Origin: an uncultured Methanosarcinales archaeon
Lineage (GTDB): Archaea > Nanobdellota > Nanobdellia > Woesearchaeales > GW2011-AR9
Reading direction: 5' to 3'
DNA length: 38,549 nucleotides
NCBI GenBank assembly: GCA_964361725.1
Contig: CAYIBV010000001.1
Location: 1-38,549, forward strand
Part shown: piece by piece, positions 1-8,784 of the stretch
How the letters are laid out: each line of letters starts with the position of its first letter
Numbering within the stretch: the stretch's first letter is position 1
Program-made: the position numbers and the translations under genes
The notes under the pieces: model-generated
Database searches by the model: none
Told to the model about the DNA's origin: nothing
What the model saw: the letters and a program-made list of their open reading frames with translations, nothing else

Positions 1-1
1 T

Positions 2-121
2 ATTCAGGCCTACCCCCCGCTTGCAGAAGTTTCTGGAGGGATGGTGTCACAGTTTGAACATTCCATGATTGTCAAAGATAAACCCATAGTATATACAAAG
101 CATCAAGATGATGAGTGGTAA
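2..121 (+). CDS. map: methionine aminopeptidase, C-terminal fragment (5' end outside window)
   Basis: Frame open from the window edge translates ...PPLAEVSGGMVSQFEHSMIVKDKPIVYT.... This matches the conserved C-terminal GG-V-(A/S)QFEH block of archaeal/type 2 MetAP. Stop TAA at 119-121. Confidence 0.6.
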   Translation: MQAYPPLAEVSGGMVSQFEHSMIVKDKPIVYTKHQDDEW

Positions 122-123
122 GA

Positions 124-990
124 ATGGTCTGGTTGCTTTTTTCATTGTTAACAGCATTAAGTAAATCTTTTGGCGACGTTTTAAGTAAGAGAATTTTATT
201 AAAACAGATCGATGAATATCTCGTGGCGTTTTCTTCATACTTTTTTTCATTATTTATCTTGTTGCCTTTATTTTTTTTTATAGAAATTCCTGCCGTGAAT
301 GGCACGTTTTGGGGAGCGGTAATAGTGAGCGCTCTCTTAAATAGTTTAGCTTCAATCCTGTACATAAAAGCACTAAAAAGTTCAGATATGTCATTGGTGC
401 TGCCACTCCTGGCATTTACTCCCCTGTTTCTGTTGATTACCTCGCCCCTGATCCTGGGAGAATTCCCAAAACTGTTTGGTTTAATAGGGGTCATATTAAT
501 TGTGGTCGGCTCCTATCTGTTGAATATTAAAGAACGCTACAATGGTTTTTGGGGGCCGATTAAAGCTTTGTTTAATGATCAGGGATCAAGATTTATGCTG
601 GCTGTAGCGTTTATCTTTAGCATCAGTTCTAATTTTGATAAGATTTACGTACGCAACTCTTCTGCCATTTTTGGATGGACTATACATGCCATCCTGGTAG
701 TGATAATCCTCCTACCGATAGCTCTTCACAGAAATAGGAAGAATTTCTTTTTAATATTTACAAAAGCTAAAGCTTTGGCCCCCTTGGGGATCATGGAAGG
801 GTTGACGGGATTACTTCAGATGGTTGCCATAAGCATGACTTTAGTCTCATACGTCATCTCTGTTAAACGCACTAGTTTAGTGTTAAGCACACTATGGGGA
901 TATTTATTCTTTCACGAAAAAAATGTAAAAGAAAGATTTTTTGGTGCAGTAGTCATGGTTATGGGAGTACTATTGATTACACTAGCTTAA
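124..990 (+). CDS. EamA/DMT-family membrane transporter
   Basis: About 10 hydrophobic segments arranged as two similar halves, typical of the drug/metabolite transporter fold. ATG at 124 is preferred over the in-frame GTG at 115, which overlaps the map stop. Confidence 0.55.
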   Translation: MVWLLFSLLTALSKSFGDVLSKRILLKQIDEYLVAFSSYFFSLFILLPLFFFIEIPAVNGTFWGAVIVSALLNSLASILYIKALKSSDMSLVLPLLAFTPLFLLITSPLILGEFPKLFGLIGVILIVVGSYLLNIKERYNGFWGPIKALFNDQGSRFMLAVAFIFSISSNFDKIYVRNSSAIFGWTIHAILVVIILLPIALHRNRKNFFLIFTKAKALAPLGIMEGLTGLLQMVAISMTLVSYVISVKRTSLVLSTLWGYLFFHEKNVKERFFGAVVMVMGVLLITLA

Positions 991-1004
991 AAGCGATTTA
1001 ATAA

Positions 1005-1061
1005 CGAAAACCGCACTAATCCTCATCCTAAAGGATGAGGTATTTAATCGTGCGGTTTTCG
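1005..1061. terminator. nested stem-loop between convergent genes (possible terminator or structured RNA)
   Basis: CGAAAACCGCAC (1005-1016) pairs with GTGCGGTTTTCG (1050-1061), 12 bp. This stem encloses CCTCATCC-TAAA-GGATGAGG (1021-1040). Confidence 0.4.
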
Positions 1062-1065
1062 GGAT

Positions 1066-1114
1066 TGAAAATTGTCACCCTAAAGGGCGGGGTTTTATAC
1101 CCAGACAATTTTCA
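1066..1114. repeat. stem-loop element family, copy A
   Basis: 11-bp stem TGAAAATTGTC/GACAATTTTCA. The loop contains AAGGGCGGGGTTTTATACCC, which matches 19/20 to the loop of the copy at 20146-20194. The right arm overlaps the stop codon of the 1112-1861 gene. Confidence 0.6.
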
Positions 1115-1861
1115 ATAAACACATTGAAAAAGTCTTTCAGCCGCTCTGCACACCTGCAATGCCTGTTTATACTGTGCGAGAATTTTTTCTTTAGACCTGC
1201 TACGCCTGGCTTGTGCAGGGATAGGAGTTACGGTAACAGGAATCCCCTGGTTTACAGCAGATAAAACCATCGCACCGTCAAAACCCCACGTAGGAACTTG
1301 GGCAATATTCCGCACTACCTGATCCATAATTCTGCAAGCGCTTTTGTATATTTCCCCAAAAACTGTTGGAGAAACGGCTTGGTATCCATGAGTGCCAGAT
1401 AAAGAAATTCCCGCAAAAGTGTCGTATAACTGAGGAAATAATTCCAAATGCATTAACTCATCTAAAGATCCCTCTTCTAAAGTTTCAGGCTCAAATGAGA
1501 GATTACCGATGACTAACCCTCCCATCTCAGTAGCCCGGTCTACCAACGTTGACAAATAACGAACATCATGCTCGGAGGTATCCAATCGTACTACTGTTGC
1601 CCCCAGATAACGATCCAAACAATGACGATAGCCCGTCATCAACGCGGAAGCTAATCCGGGCTGTTCGCTTTTAATACCATCTAAGCCCAGAGCATGGGAT
1701 TCAGTTACTAAAAAGTCCAAACCCGCAACAGTTGCTCCGTTAAATACAGGGATGATAGCCGCTTGTGGAAGATAAGCTCTAATTTGATCTGGAAGAAAGC
1801 TATTTCTCGTACTTTCCCCGCGATAATCGGGGTACATGACGACAATTGGATTGTTTGCCAT
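1112..1861 (-). CDS. hypothetical protein (249 aa)
   Basis: Long ORF with ATG start, co-directional with the HAD/ATP-grasp genes. I cannot name a motif with confidence. IIPVFNG...RLDTSEHD is only vaguely glycosyltransferase-like. Confidence 0.5.
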   Translation of the reverse strand: MANNPIVVMYPDYRGESTRNSFLPDQIRAYLPQAAIIPVFNGATVAGLDFLVTESHALGLDGIKSEQPGLASALMTGYRHCLDRYLGATVVRLDTSEHDVRYLSTLVDRATEMGGLVIGNLSFEPETLEEGSLDELMHLELFPQLYDTFAGISLSGTHGYQAVSPTVFGEIYKSACRIMDQVVRNIAQVPTWGFDGAMVLSAVNQGIPVTVTPIPAQARRSRSKEKILAQYKQALQVCRAAERLFQCVY

Positions 1862-1893
1862 TAGTTATGACTTCTGGGGAAATTACCATTTAT

Positions 1894-1935
1894 AGAAGGG
1901 TTTGATTAACCATCAAAAATACTTCAAACCCTTCT
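1894..1935. terminator. 12-bp perfect stem-loop in same-strand intergenic gap
   Basis: AGAAGGGTTTGA (1894-1905) pairs with TCAAACCCTTCT (1924-1935). A second 9-bp hairpin, ACTTTGAAT...ATTCAAAGT, follows. Confidence 0.35.
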
Positions 1936-2013
1936 AAGAAGTACTTTGAATATCGCAGTAAAATGGGGTTATTCAAAGTCCTCTATAAAACACTAAAATC
2001 TTATTCGAGCTAG

Positions 2014-2760
2014 TCATCTTTTAACTCCAGGAAATATAGCTAACATTTCAGTTAAAGTCTCCACTAACAAATCAGGCGAATGCACAGCTAGTACTTCTCT
2101 TCTTCCAGGAATTCTAGTATCAATCCTACCTACAGTATAAGTACCGCTTTCAAATCTTTCTTTCATATCTTCCGGAGCATCACCAATGAATGCAACTTGA
2201 TTAGGTATAACACCATATTTGCCGCAGACATAAGCAATGTAAGGAAGTCCTTTGATAAAATTAGCACCATCTCCTGGGTTTTTATTCCATTTCTGATTGC
2301 CTAAAATAAAATCAAAATGAGCTTTAAGATTTAGATTATATCTAACTACCTCTTCCAAGTGTGCCTGTGGAACTGAAGATCCGATAGATAGAGTATACCC
2401 CCTCTGTTTAAGTGCAGAAACTACTGGTAAGGCATCGGAAAATAAGGGCATCTTTTTCTCATCTATGTATGAATCAAAACATCTGCTCCATTCTTTTTCT
2501 TGATCTGCAGGAACGGGAGCAGTAATTCTTAATCTTTCTTCTACAATATGAAGCTGTCTCACCCTATTGGTGCCACTAGTATCGAAATAAATTTGAGCGA
2601 TTTCTTTTTCTCTCCCATTTAATGATGGCTGATACTCAACTACAGACCTAGCAAAAGCACTGGGTTTTGTTCCCGGAACATCGGGATTCATAGAATCGCG
2701 CAGTGTTCCATCGTAATCAAAGACTAAAACTTCCACATCATTTGCGTTCATTTGGGCCAT
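2014..2760 (-). CDS. HAD-superfamily hydrolase/phosphatase
   Basis: N-terminal motif I VLVFDYDGTLRDS (DxDGT). Motif IV-like FIGDAPEDM near the C-terminus. Confidence 0.7.
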   Translation of the reverse strand: MAQMNANDVEVLVFDYDGTLRDSMNPDVPGTKPSAFARSVVEYQPSLNGREKEIAQIYFDTSGTNRVRQLHIVEERLRITAPVPADQEKEWSRCFDSYIDEKKMPLFSDALPVVSALKQRGYTLSIGSSVPQAHLEEVVRYNLNLKAHFDFILGNQKWNKNPGDGANFIKGLPYIAYVCGKYGVIPNQVAFIGDAPEDMKERFESGTYTVGRIDTRIPGRREVLAVHSPDLLVETLTEMLAIFPGVKR

Positions 2761-2796
2761 AGTAATTCTCTTGATCTATTTTCTAAAATCATGCTA

Positions 2797-4176
2797 TTAC
2801 CCCATCTTTCTCTGGATTTCGTCTTTTAATTCTTGAGCATCCATTCCATTTGAGGGATAAATAAGCAAATTACGTCCGGGGCATAACTTCTCCCACAAAA
2901 TTTCTTCTCCAACAGGTTTTCGCGTCAACCACCAATAATCATGAGATCCTTGTACACTCACCTCAACAAGATGACTGTTGACTATTGCCAATTCTGGATT
3001 AATATCATTAATCGCACGCGCTGCAGAATCTATTTCATCACGCTCTGTATCACGGAAATGTTTATATGAAAATAATGCTCCTTGGTCTGCTAAAGATTTT
3101 AACACTTCGCCGCGACCAACAAATCGTTCCCATGATTCGCTCAAGTCGTCCTGCCCCGCGTCAGTATATAAGAAGAAAAAAGGGGTATGGATAAGTTCGC
3201 TATATCTTTGCGTACTTTCCGCCCGCTGAAAAAATGTATGAATCAGATCTTCGATCTTTTGTTGCAGCAAAGTGCTTTCTCTTTCTGAGACAGGCATTCT
3301 TCTGGCGCCTGTACTTACATTTACAATGTTCTCATTCTTATTTTTATCTATTGGATTTTGAGAGACACGCCGGTACGTTGCGACATGTTCAGCTTTATAT
3401 TTTCCCCCTTTTAAACCTACAAAGTATACAACCCTATATGATTGTGCATGCAAGCCCGTGGAAAGTTGTAGAAGCTCAGAGGGAACAAATTTTTCAAATA
3501 GATATAAGTGGCGATGCATTCCGGGAGCAAAGCGTTCTCTCTTTCGAGAATGTTTAAACGTATCATCAGCTAATCGTTCAAGATTTGTTCTATCTTTATT
3601 CATTGCGTCAATACCAGAGCCGATATAAATATTTCCTCCTTTTGACCCATATCTCGGCTTCAATAACACTATCGCTTCTCCCTCAGCAGCAGGATCGCTT
3701 ACGAGTGGGGCCATGTCTTCAGGGAAGACTTTATGTGTAAGTAATTTATCTCTGGCAGTAACTGCCAGCATTGTCAAGCCTGGTGCTGGCTGAGCGTCAT
3801 AAGATTCCCAAATATCAATCAACTTCCCCAAGCTGATATATTGTGAGAAGCCATAGAGTGCTTCTTTTCCTTCGCATACCACGGGCATTTTTTGATATGC
3901 CTCTGCACCAATATACATTATAATATTATTTGGAACATTGTTTATCTCTAAAAGGATTGGTCTTCCTGATTCCCTCTCTATTAAAAAATCAAACCCCAGT
4001 AATAGTGGACCTCGCTCTGGAGAAAGTGAAAATTGTCCATTCCAGCCAAAAGTATTAAGAAAATATGGCAGCCTCTGATCTGAAAGTTGATGAACTTCGG
4101 AACTTTCCTGCAACAGTCTTTTTTCAAGTGGAGCATAGCTCGCGATATTTACTCTTGTTTCTTCTTCAGGTGTCAT
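2797..4176 (-). CDS. circularly permuted ATP-grasp-type protein
   Basis: ATP-grasp blocks DKLLTHKVF, IVLLKPRYGSKGGNIY and NVSTGARR occur in the normal order. The block that normally closes the fold (GFDFLIERESGRPILLEINNVPN) sits at the N-terminus instead. Confidence 0.5.
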   Translation of the reverse strand: MTPEEETRVNIASYAPLEKRLLQESSEVHQLSDQRLPYFLNTFGWNGQFSLSPERGPLLLGFDFLIERESGRPILLEINNVPNNIIMYIGAEAYQKMPVVCEGKEALYGFSQYISLGKLIDIWESYDAQPAPGLTMLAVTARDKLLTHKVFPEDMAPLVSDPAAEGEAIVLLKPRYGSKGGNIYIGSGIDAMNKDRTNLERLADDTFKHSRKRERFAPGMHRHLYLFEKFVPSELLQLSTGLHAQSYRVVYFVGLKGGKYKAEHVATYRRVSQNPIDKNKNENIVNVSTGARRMPVSERESTLLQQKIEDLIHTFFQRAESTQRYSELIHTPFFFLYTDAGQDDLSESWERFVGRGEVLKSLADQGALFSYKHFRDTERDEIDSAARAINDINPELAIVNSHLVEVSVQGSHDYWWLTRKPVGEEILWEKLCPGRNLLIYPSNGMDAQELKDEIQRKMG

Positions 4177-4225
4177 TTTTTTATTAGTTTACCCATTGAA
4201 ATAATCCTTGCTCCTCTAAAGCGAA

Positions 4226-5161
4226 CTAAAATCCTGCTTTCTCCAGCAAGAACTTAACGTTCTCCGGCTTGGAAAGATAATCAATAGTAGCTTGAGTGTA
4301 AGGCCGAACGCCACGATCTTCGACGACTTTCGTTAAGCCTTGCGCGGTAGGATGGTAACACAACACATCTTTCAATCCTGAAGAGCCATCAGATAAATGA
4401 ACAAGAGCAATGCCAGCAACAGGCAATTTGGCTAAAGCCATCACTTCTAATTCTTCACCTTTTAGGATCTTCGGTGTAACATTTCTTTCATACGCAGTTA
4501 ATATATTTATGGCATTAGCATTTTTAGCTACATAAGCAAAGTTTATTTGTCCAGTTTCTTTCTCATCAACGATATAAACAATTGAAGTGGGGTCAAGAGA
4601 ACTCAAATCCATACCCAGCTCTTCTGAACTCTCTTTTTGTAAGGCAATAGTAAGAGGATTTTCATACTGTAAATACTCTGCATCAATATTTCCCGCAACT
4701 AAAGCTGCATGAATCTGGCCACTGCCTAAAGCCTTGCCTTTAATTTGTGACAGGAGAAAATATTGACTTTTTATCTTAACTGGCACAACTAAAGAAACAC
4801 CAACCATATTAGGACTCATTTCTTTAATGTCTTCTGAAGTATAAATCCCGCTTTTCGCTAAATCACGCAAAGCTTCTCCAATAAGATAACGTGTAGGAGC
4901 GATATCAGCAACAATAACAGTATTCCCCTCTGAAGGATAAACACGAATAGCCGGAAGCGAACTCATGAGACCATTAAAGCTTTTTTCTCCACGAGCATCA
5001 GCCTCAGTAGGTGATGTAGGCTTTGTATCATAGCCTTTTTCCCGATATTTTGCTGCAACAAACGGGTGAATTGCTAAATCTCCTTTAGATGTAGGAGTTC
5101 TTTCCATAGGTAAAACATTCAACATTAATGTTTCGATATTCTTAACTATAATTTTGGCCAT
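4226..5161 (-). CDS. hypothetical protein, tentative Nudix-like segment
   Basis: 311-aa ORF. GNIDAEYLQYENPLTIALQKESSEELGMD loosely resembles a Nudix box. The resemblance is weak. Confidence 0.4.
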   Translation of the reverse strand: MAKIIVKNIETLMLNVLPMERTPTSKGDLAIHPFVAAKYREKGYDTKPTSPTEADARGEKSFNGLMSSLPAIRVYPSEGNTVIVADIAPTRYLIGEALRDLAKSGIYTSEDIKEMSPNMVGVSLVVPVKIKSQYFLLSQIKGKALGSGQIHAALVAGNIDAEYLQYENPLTIALQKESSEELGMDLSSLDPTSIVYIVDEKETGQINFAYVAKNANAINILTAYERNVTPKILKGEELEVMALAKLPVAGIALVHLSDGSSGLKDVLCYHPTAQGLTKVVEDRGVRPYTQATIDYLSKPENVKFLLEKAGF

Positions 5162-5340
5162 CGTAACTATCAGAACACCTATTCACCGATAGATTCGCTC
5201 AAGTGGGGATATTTATTAGTAATGCTGGGAAAGTCTCAACATTTCAAGAAAAAATTACGCAATGGTAGAATAGAGGATATACTCAAAAATTTTACAGTAG
5301 ATCCTGGGAAGAAGTCATGAAAACGCGGGAAAGTGCCTTA

Positions 5341-5414
5341 CCACGGACTTAATGCTAAAAAATCGAAGATTTTTGGCATGTTAGAAATGTAACAGCATTT
5401 CAAACAGTCCGTGG
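5341..5414. other. compound stem-loop just 3' of the Lrp-type gene
   Basis: CCACGGACT (5341-5349) pairs with AGTCCGTGG (5406-5414). Inner pairings are AATGCT/AGCATT and AAAAATC-GAA-GATTTTT. It has no tRNA T-arm. Confidence 0.35.
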
Positions 5415-5440
5415 CTTCTTTACTCCCGCAAGTAAATATC

Positions 5441-6418
5441 CTAAAAGATACAAGGGGGTAATCGGGTGGGAACATAACTTTGAATAGGCACGCTGGTTGC
5501 TGGGAAATTATTTCGATAGACTTGTAATTGGTACCCCCCCATATCATCCCCAAAGAAGTGTTCCAGTTGATCTAAAATAACTTGTAAGTCATGATAAGAA
5601 CCACAATAAATAGTGGTTTCCAAGTCCCATGCACCAAACGTCCTGCGTGTTCGACCAAATCTTATATCAGAATAAAAAAGCGTTTTTAACGTAGAATTAT
5701 GCTTTTTCTGGTTCTTAAGTTTTAAAAGGACGACGCACCAAAAATGAAGTCCCACTTTACTCATATCGCATTTGGTTGAGAGAAGTTCAATAAACCCACT
5801 ATCTTGAAAGCGCTTTATTTTCTGCCGCACAGTCTCTATAGAATAATTTGTTTGTTGAGCCATCTCGACAAGCGGAAGAGTAGGATCCTTATCCAAGAGA
5901 GAAATTATTTTTTTATCCCTGGCTGATAATTTTAAAAGTTCATATCTCTGTTCTTTGATGTCCTCATTAACTTTAGTGGTATAAGACTCTTTTTTTAAAA
6001 AACCCCTTGTCACCAATATTTCTTTTTTGAGAATATGAGATCCGTACTTCTGCTCCAGTTCGTGGATAAACTGCTCTACTTCTTGAGCATGCTTAGCAAT
6101 AAAAGCGATCCTTAAATGAAAATGAGGAAATACTTCGACAAACCAGCGCACATGAGCATGAGAAATAATATCAGCACAGATCTCTTTTTTAATCTTTGAA
6201 TACTGAAACAGCATCAAATAGATCAAATATTCAGTATAACCTAACGGTTCAAAATTAAGTAACAGTTCATGATTAATAATAACCCTTTTTTTATGTAACT
6301 GTTCACGATAATACGAAATTCTATGCCGCGGCTGCCGTAGACGCTTAGCTATCTCAACAGTACTTATCCTACAGTTTTGTGAGAGTAATTCTAGAATTTT
6401 GAATGCTATTTTGTCCAT
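5441..6418 (-). CDS. tandem Lrp/AsnC-family transcriptional regulator (two HTH modules in one chain)
   Basis: Two AsnC-type HTH segments (ILELLSQNCRISTVEIAKRL... and IISLLDKDPTLPLVEMAQQTNYSIETVRQKIKRF...), each followed by a roughly 80-aa RAM-like segment. Confidence 0.65.
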   Translation of the reverse strand: MDKIAFKILELLSQNCRISTVEIAKRLRQPRHRISYYREQLHKKRVIINHELLLNFEPLGYTEYLIYLMLFQYSKIKKEICADIISHAHVRWFVEVFPHFHLRIAFIAKHAQEVEQFIHELEQKYGSHILKKEILVTRGFLKKESYTTKVNEDIKEQRYELLKLSARDKKIISLLDKDPTLPLVEMAQQTNYSIETVRQKIKRFQDSGFIELLSTKCDMSKVGLHFWCVVLLKLKNQKKHNSTLKTLFYSDIRFGRTRRTFGAWDLETTIYCGSYHDLQVILDQLEHFFGDDMGGYQLQVYRNNFPATSVPIQSYVPTRLPPCIF

Positions 6419-6440
6419 AAGTCTTTAAAATTCAAGCTTG

Positions 6441-6452
6441 CTTTATAAATTT
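6441..6452 (-). promoter_or_regulatory. TATA box for the Lrp-type gene
   Basis: The minus strand reads AAATTTATAAAG, centred about 29 nt upstream of the ATG at 6418. Confidence 0.45.
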
Positions 6453-6461
6453 AACTAAAAT

Positions 6462-6489
6462 AATAGTACTATTAATACTATTAAGTATT
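6462..6489. promoter_or_regulatory. A/T-rich palindromes, candidate Lrp operator
   Basis: Perfect 12-bp palindrome AATAGTACTATT (6462-6473), followed directly by AATACT-ATTA-AGTATT (6474-6489). The direct repeat TACTATTAA occurs twice. The site lies immediately upstream of the regulator's own TATA box. Confidence 0.4.
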
Positions 6490-6629
6490 ACTTACTTTGT
6501 GGTGCTTTGTCCTGACAGGGTATACTCGGTCGAGTAGCGAGCGAAGGCTTGACAGAACAAGAGCTAAGTTACTTCATAAATATTCCACCACCTCAATCTT
6601 TATATATTTTATATACTACTTTATTTTCT

Positions 6630-7304
6630 ATGGGTTTACGGGAATTAGTTCTTGCGGCATTGATTACCATTGTACCAGCATATTCTTATGCTACAGAAAG
6701 TACCCCCGCACTGCCACAACCAGAGTTACCGACCCCTGAAACAAAAAAAGAAACTGCTGCTGATCTCTCCCTGAAATATGGCCGTTCACGAAGAGAAGAT
6801 ATTTCATTCCATGATAGCCGCGCTTCTTTGGGGATTGATGATTTCCTGATTGAAGTTGGTTTCCGTAAAGAGATTGTGGAACGGGAAGAAAACGATACAC
6901 TGTCCGTCGCCGGACTGCACATGAAAGGAGAAAGACAATTCCGCACCTACCAAGTAAATTTTATTTTTGGGTACGCACTCTACAGATGGAACATACCTTC
7001 ATTTAAAGTGAGGATTGATAGCCAAGTTATGGGTGGCATTCAACTGGACAAAAATGTTCTCAGTGTGGAGGGGGAGAACATTCCCGGAGATCCAAAATTA
7101 GATTTTCTTTTAGGCACGGGAATTCGGCTGGAAGTGGCGCATCCCCTTGCCTACTGGACGAAAATCCCCTTCCTGCGCAATATAGAACTTGGAGCAGGCA
7201 TCTTTGGCGAATACCTCAGCGAGCAGGTGGAGATAACGGAACCCCAGTCTGACGTCTATTGGGGAGGTTATGGGTTAGTCCGGATTGCCAGAAAGATTAA
7301 GTGA
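6630..7304 (+). CDS. secreted beta-rich protein of unknown function
   Basis: ATG at 6630 gives the signal-like N-terminus MGLRELVLAALITIVPAYSYA. TTTATATAT lies about 25-30 nt upstream. The TTG start at 6549 in the track adds a non-signal extension. A Pro/Glu linker is followed by alternating hydrophobic strand-like segments. Confidence 0.5.
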   Translation: MGLRELVLAALITIVPAYSYATESTPALPQPELPTPETKKETAADLSLKYGRSRREDISFHDSRASLGIDDFLIEVGFRKEIVEREENDTLSVAGLHMKGERQFRTYQVNFIFGYALYRWNIPSFKVRIDSQVMGGIQLDKNVLSVEGENIPGDPKLDFLLGTGIRLEVAHPLAYWTKIPFLRNIELGAGIFGEYLSEQVEITEPQSDVYWGGYGLVRIARKIK

Positions 7305-7469
7305 TCACTTCCCCATCTTCGGCACTACTTTATATGCTACCAGTGCTATCACAGCCAGAATAACCAAAAACACTTTCCAATCTATAATCGTAAACGAAAA
7401 TAAGATTAAATTCAAAACTACCACCCCAATCAAAACAACCCCTGCTAATTTTAACGATTTACTGTTCAT
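7305..7469 (-). CDS. small two-TM membrane protein (54 aa, below the ORF-track cutoff)
   Basis: Translates MNSKSLKLAGVVLIGVVVLNLILFSFTIIDWKVFLVILAVIALVAYKVVPKMGK. The ATG overlaps the last 11 nt of hisS. The stop abuts the convergent 6630-7304 gene. Confidence 0.4.
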   Translation of the reverse strand: MNSKSLKLAGVVLIGVVVLNLILFSFTIIDWKVFLVILAVIALVAYKVVPKMGK

Positions 7470-8784
7470 GAGCTAATTTCTTCACCACATTCTTCACCGT
7501 CAGCAACTGCTCCGTTCCCGTGCTCATATCCCGCAATAATACTTTTTTCTTCTTTAATTCATTTTCTCCCAACATAATCACATAGGGAATCTTCAACGCA
7601 CTGGCATATTCCAAATTCTTGGAAACCCCTTTTCCCAAAGCAAAATCTGTGCAGATTCCCGCTTCCCGCAACTCCTGCGCCACTATAAGACTTTCTTTGA
7701 CTGTATTAATAGGAAGAACTAAGACCATACTAGGTGTCTTTCGCTCCCCTGTCTTTTTCTCTTTCAACGCTTCTGCAATGGGCACTAACCCAAAAGAAAC
7801 CCCCACTGCCGGAACGACTCTTCCCCCGCCCATGAAACTGCCGATCATGTTATCCCATCTTCCCCCTGAACCAAGAGATGAAGTAATCGTTCCTTTTTTC
7901 ATAAATACTTCAAATACCGCTCCGGTATAATACGCCAATCCCCGCGCTAACGACACATCAAACACCGCGGAAGTGACGCCGAATAATTTCAAATATCCAA
8001 ACAACTCTTCTAATTCCGCAATGCCCTGCTTTCCTTCTTCATTTGTCAACTTTTGTTTCAGTTCTGTGAGTGTAATGCCCTCTTTGATCAACGAAAGAAT
8101 ATCTTTAACTTGTTTCGTACTGCACCCTCGTTGCTCTAATTCTTTACTCACACCTTCTTTGCCAATTTTGTCTAATTTATCAATGGCCACAATTGCTTTT
8201 TCTTTATCCTGCACGCCCGCTTGGGCTAAAATGCCATTAAGTACTTTTCGATTATTTACTTTGATAATAACAGGCAATCCTAACTGCACAAATACGCGCT
8301 CAAACAGATTTAATAATTCCGCTTCCGCAAGTAGTGAACTGCTGCCCACCACATCCGCATCACACTGCCAGAATTGCCGCACACGACCTGCTTTAATCGG
8401 CCCATCGCGGAACACGATGCCCATTTCATAGCGCTTGAACGGCATCTTTAAATTAGGATTCATCGCCACGTATCTGGCCAAAGGAACGGTTAAATCAAAT
8501 CGTAATCCTAACTCCCTATCTCCCTGATCTTTTAATTTGAACATTTCTTTCAAGGCATCAGACGCTTCACCCGCCGCAAATTTCGCTGCGAGCGTTTCGT
8601 ACCGTTCTAAAATAGGAGTTTCCAAAGGCGCAAAGCCCGAGAGTTCAAACACCTTGCGGATAGTTTCCACTACTTCATTGGTAATGATCTTCTCTTCCGG
8701 CGGGATATCCCGCACCCCTTTGGCAGTTTGCAGTGGCATACTGTTCTTTGGAAGATTCTCTGCGTTTAAAAATGTTGTTCTCAT
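7459..8784 (-). CDS. hisS: histidyl-tRNA synthetase
   Basis: Class II aaRS / HisRS blocks: KGVRD, LRFDLTVPLARY, FRDGPIKAGRVRQFWQCDADVVG, GGRWDNMIG. The ATG at 8784 forms an ATGA overlap with the upstream gene's stop. The track's extension to 8826 is unlikely. Confidence 0.9.
   Translation of the reverse strand: MRTTFLNAENLPKNSMPLQTAKGVRDIPPEEKIITNEVVETIRKVFELSGFAPLETPILERYETLAAKFAAGEASDALKEMFKLKDQGDRELGLRFDLTVPLARYVAMNPNLKMPFKRYEMGIVFRDGPIKAGRVRQFWQCDADVVGSSSLLAEAELLNLFERVFVQLGLPVIIKVNNRKVLNGILAQAGVQDKEKAIVAIDKLDKIGKEGVSKELEQRGCSTKQVKDILSLIKEGITLTELKQKLTNEEGKQGIAELEELFGYLKLFGVTSAVFDVSLARGLAYYTGAVFEVFMKKGTITSSLGSGGRWDNMIGSFMGGGRVVPAVGVSFGLVPIAEALKEKKTGERKTPSMVLVLPINTVKESLIVAQELREAGICTDFALGKGVSKNLEYASALKIPYVIMLGENELKKKKVLLRDMSTGTEQLLTVKNVVKKLAHEQ

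Noticed and set aside
5339-5417. tRNA-sized element with a 9-bp closing stem
   Set aside because: It has no T-arm, no D-arm conserved nucleotides and no 7-nt anticodon loop. I treat it as a 3' stem-loop of the Lrp-type gene.
6630-7304. Outer-membrane-type beta-barrel porin
   Set aside because: The organism is archaeal and a second membrane cannot be inferred from this window. The C-terminus (RIARKIK) lacks a terminal aromatic signature. I kept it only as a beta-rich secreted protein.
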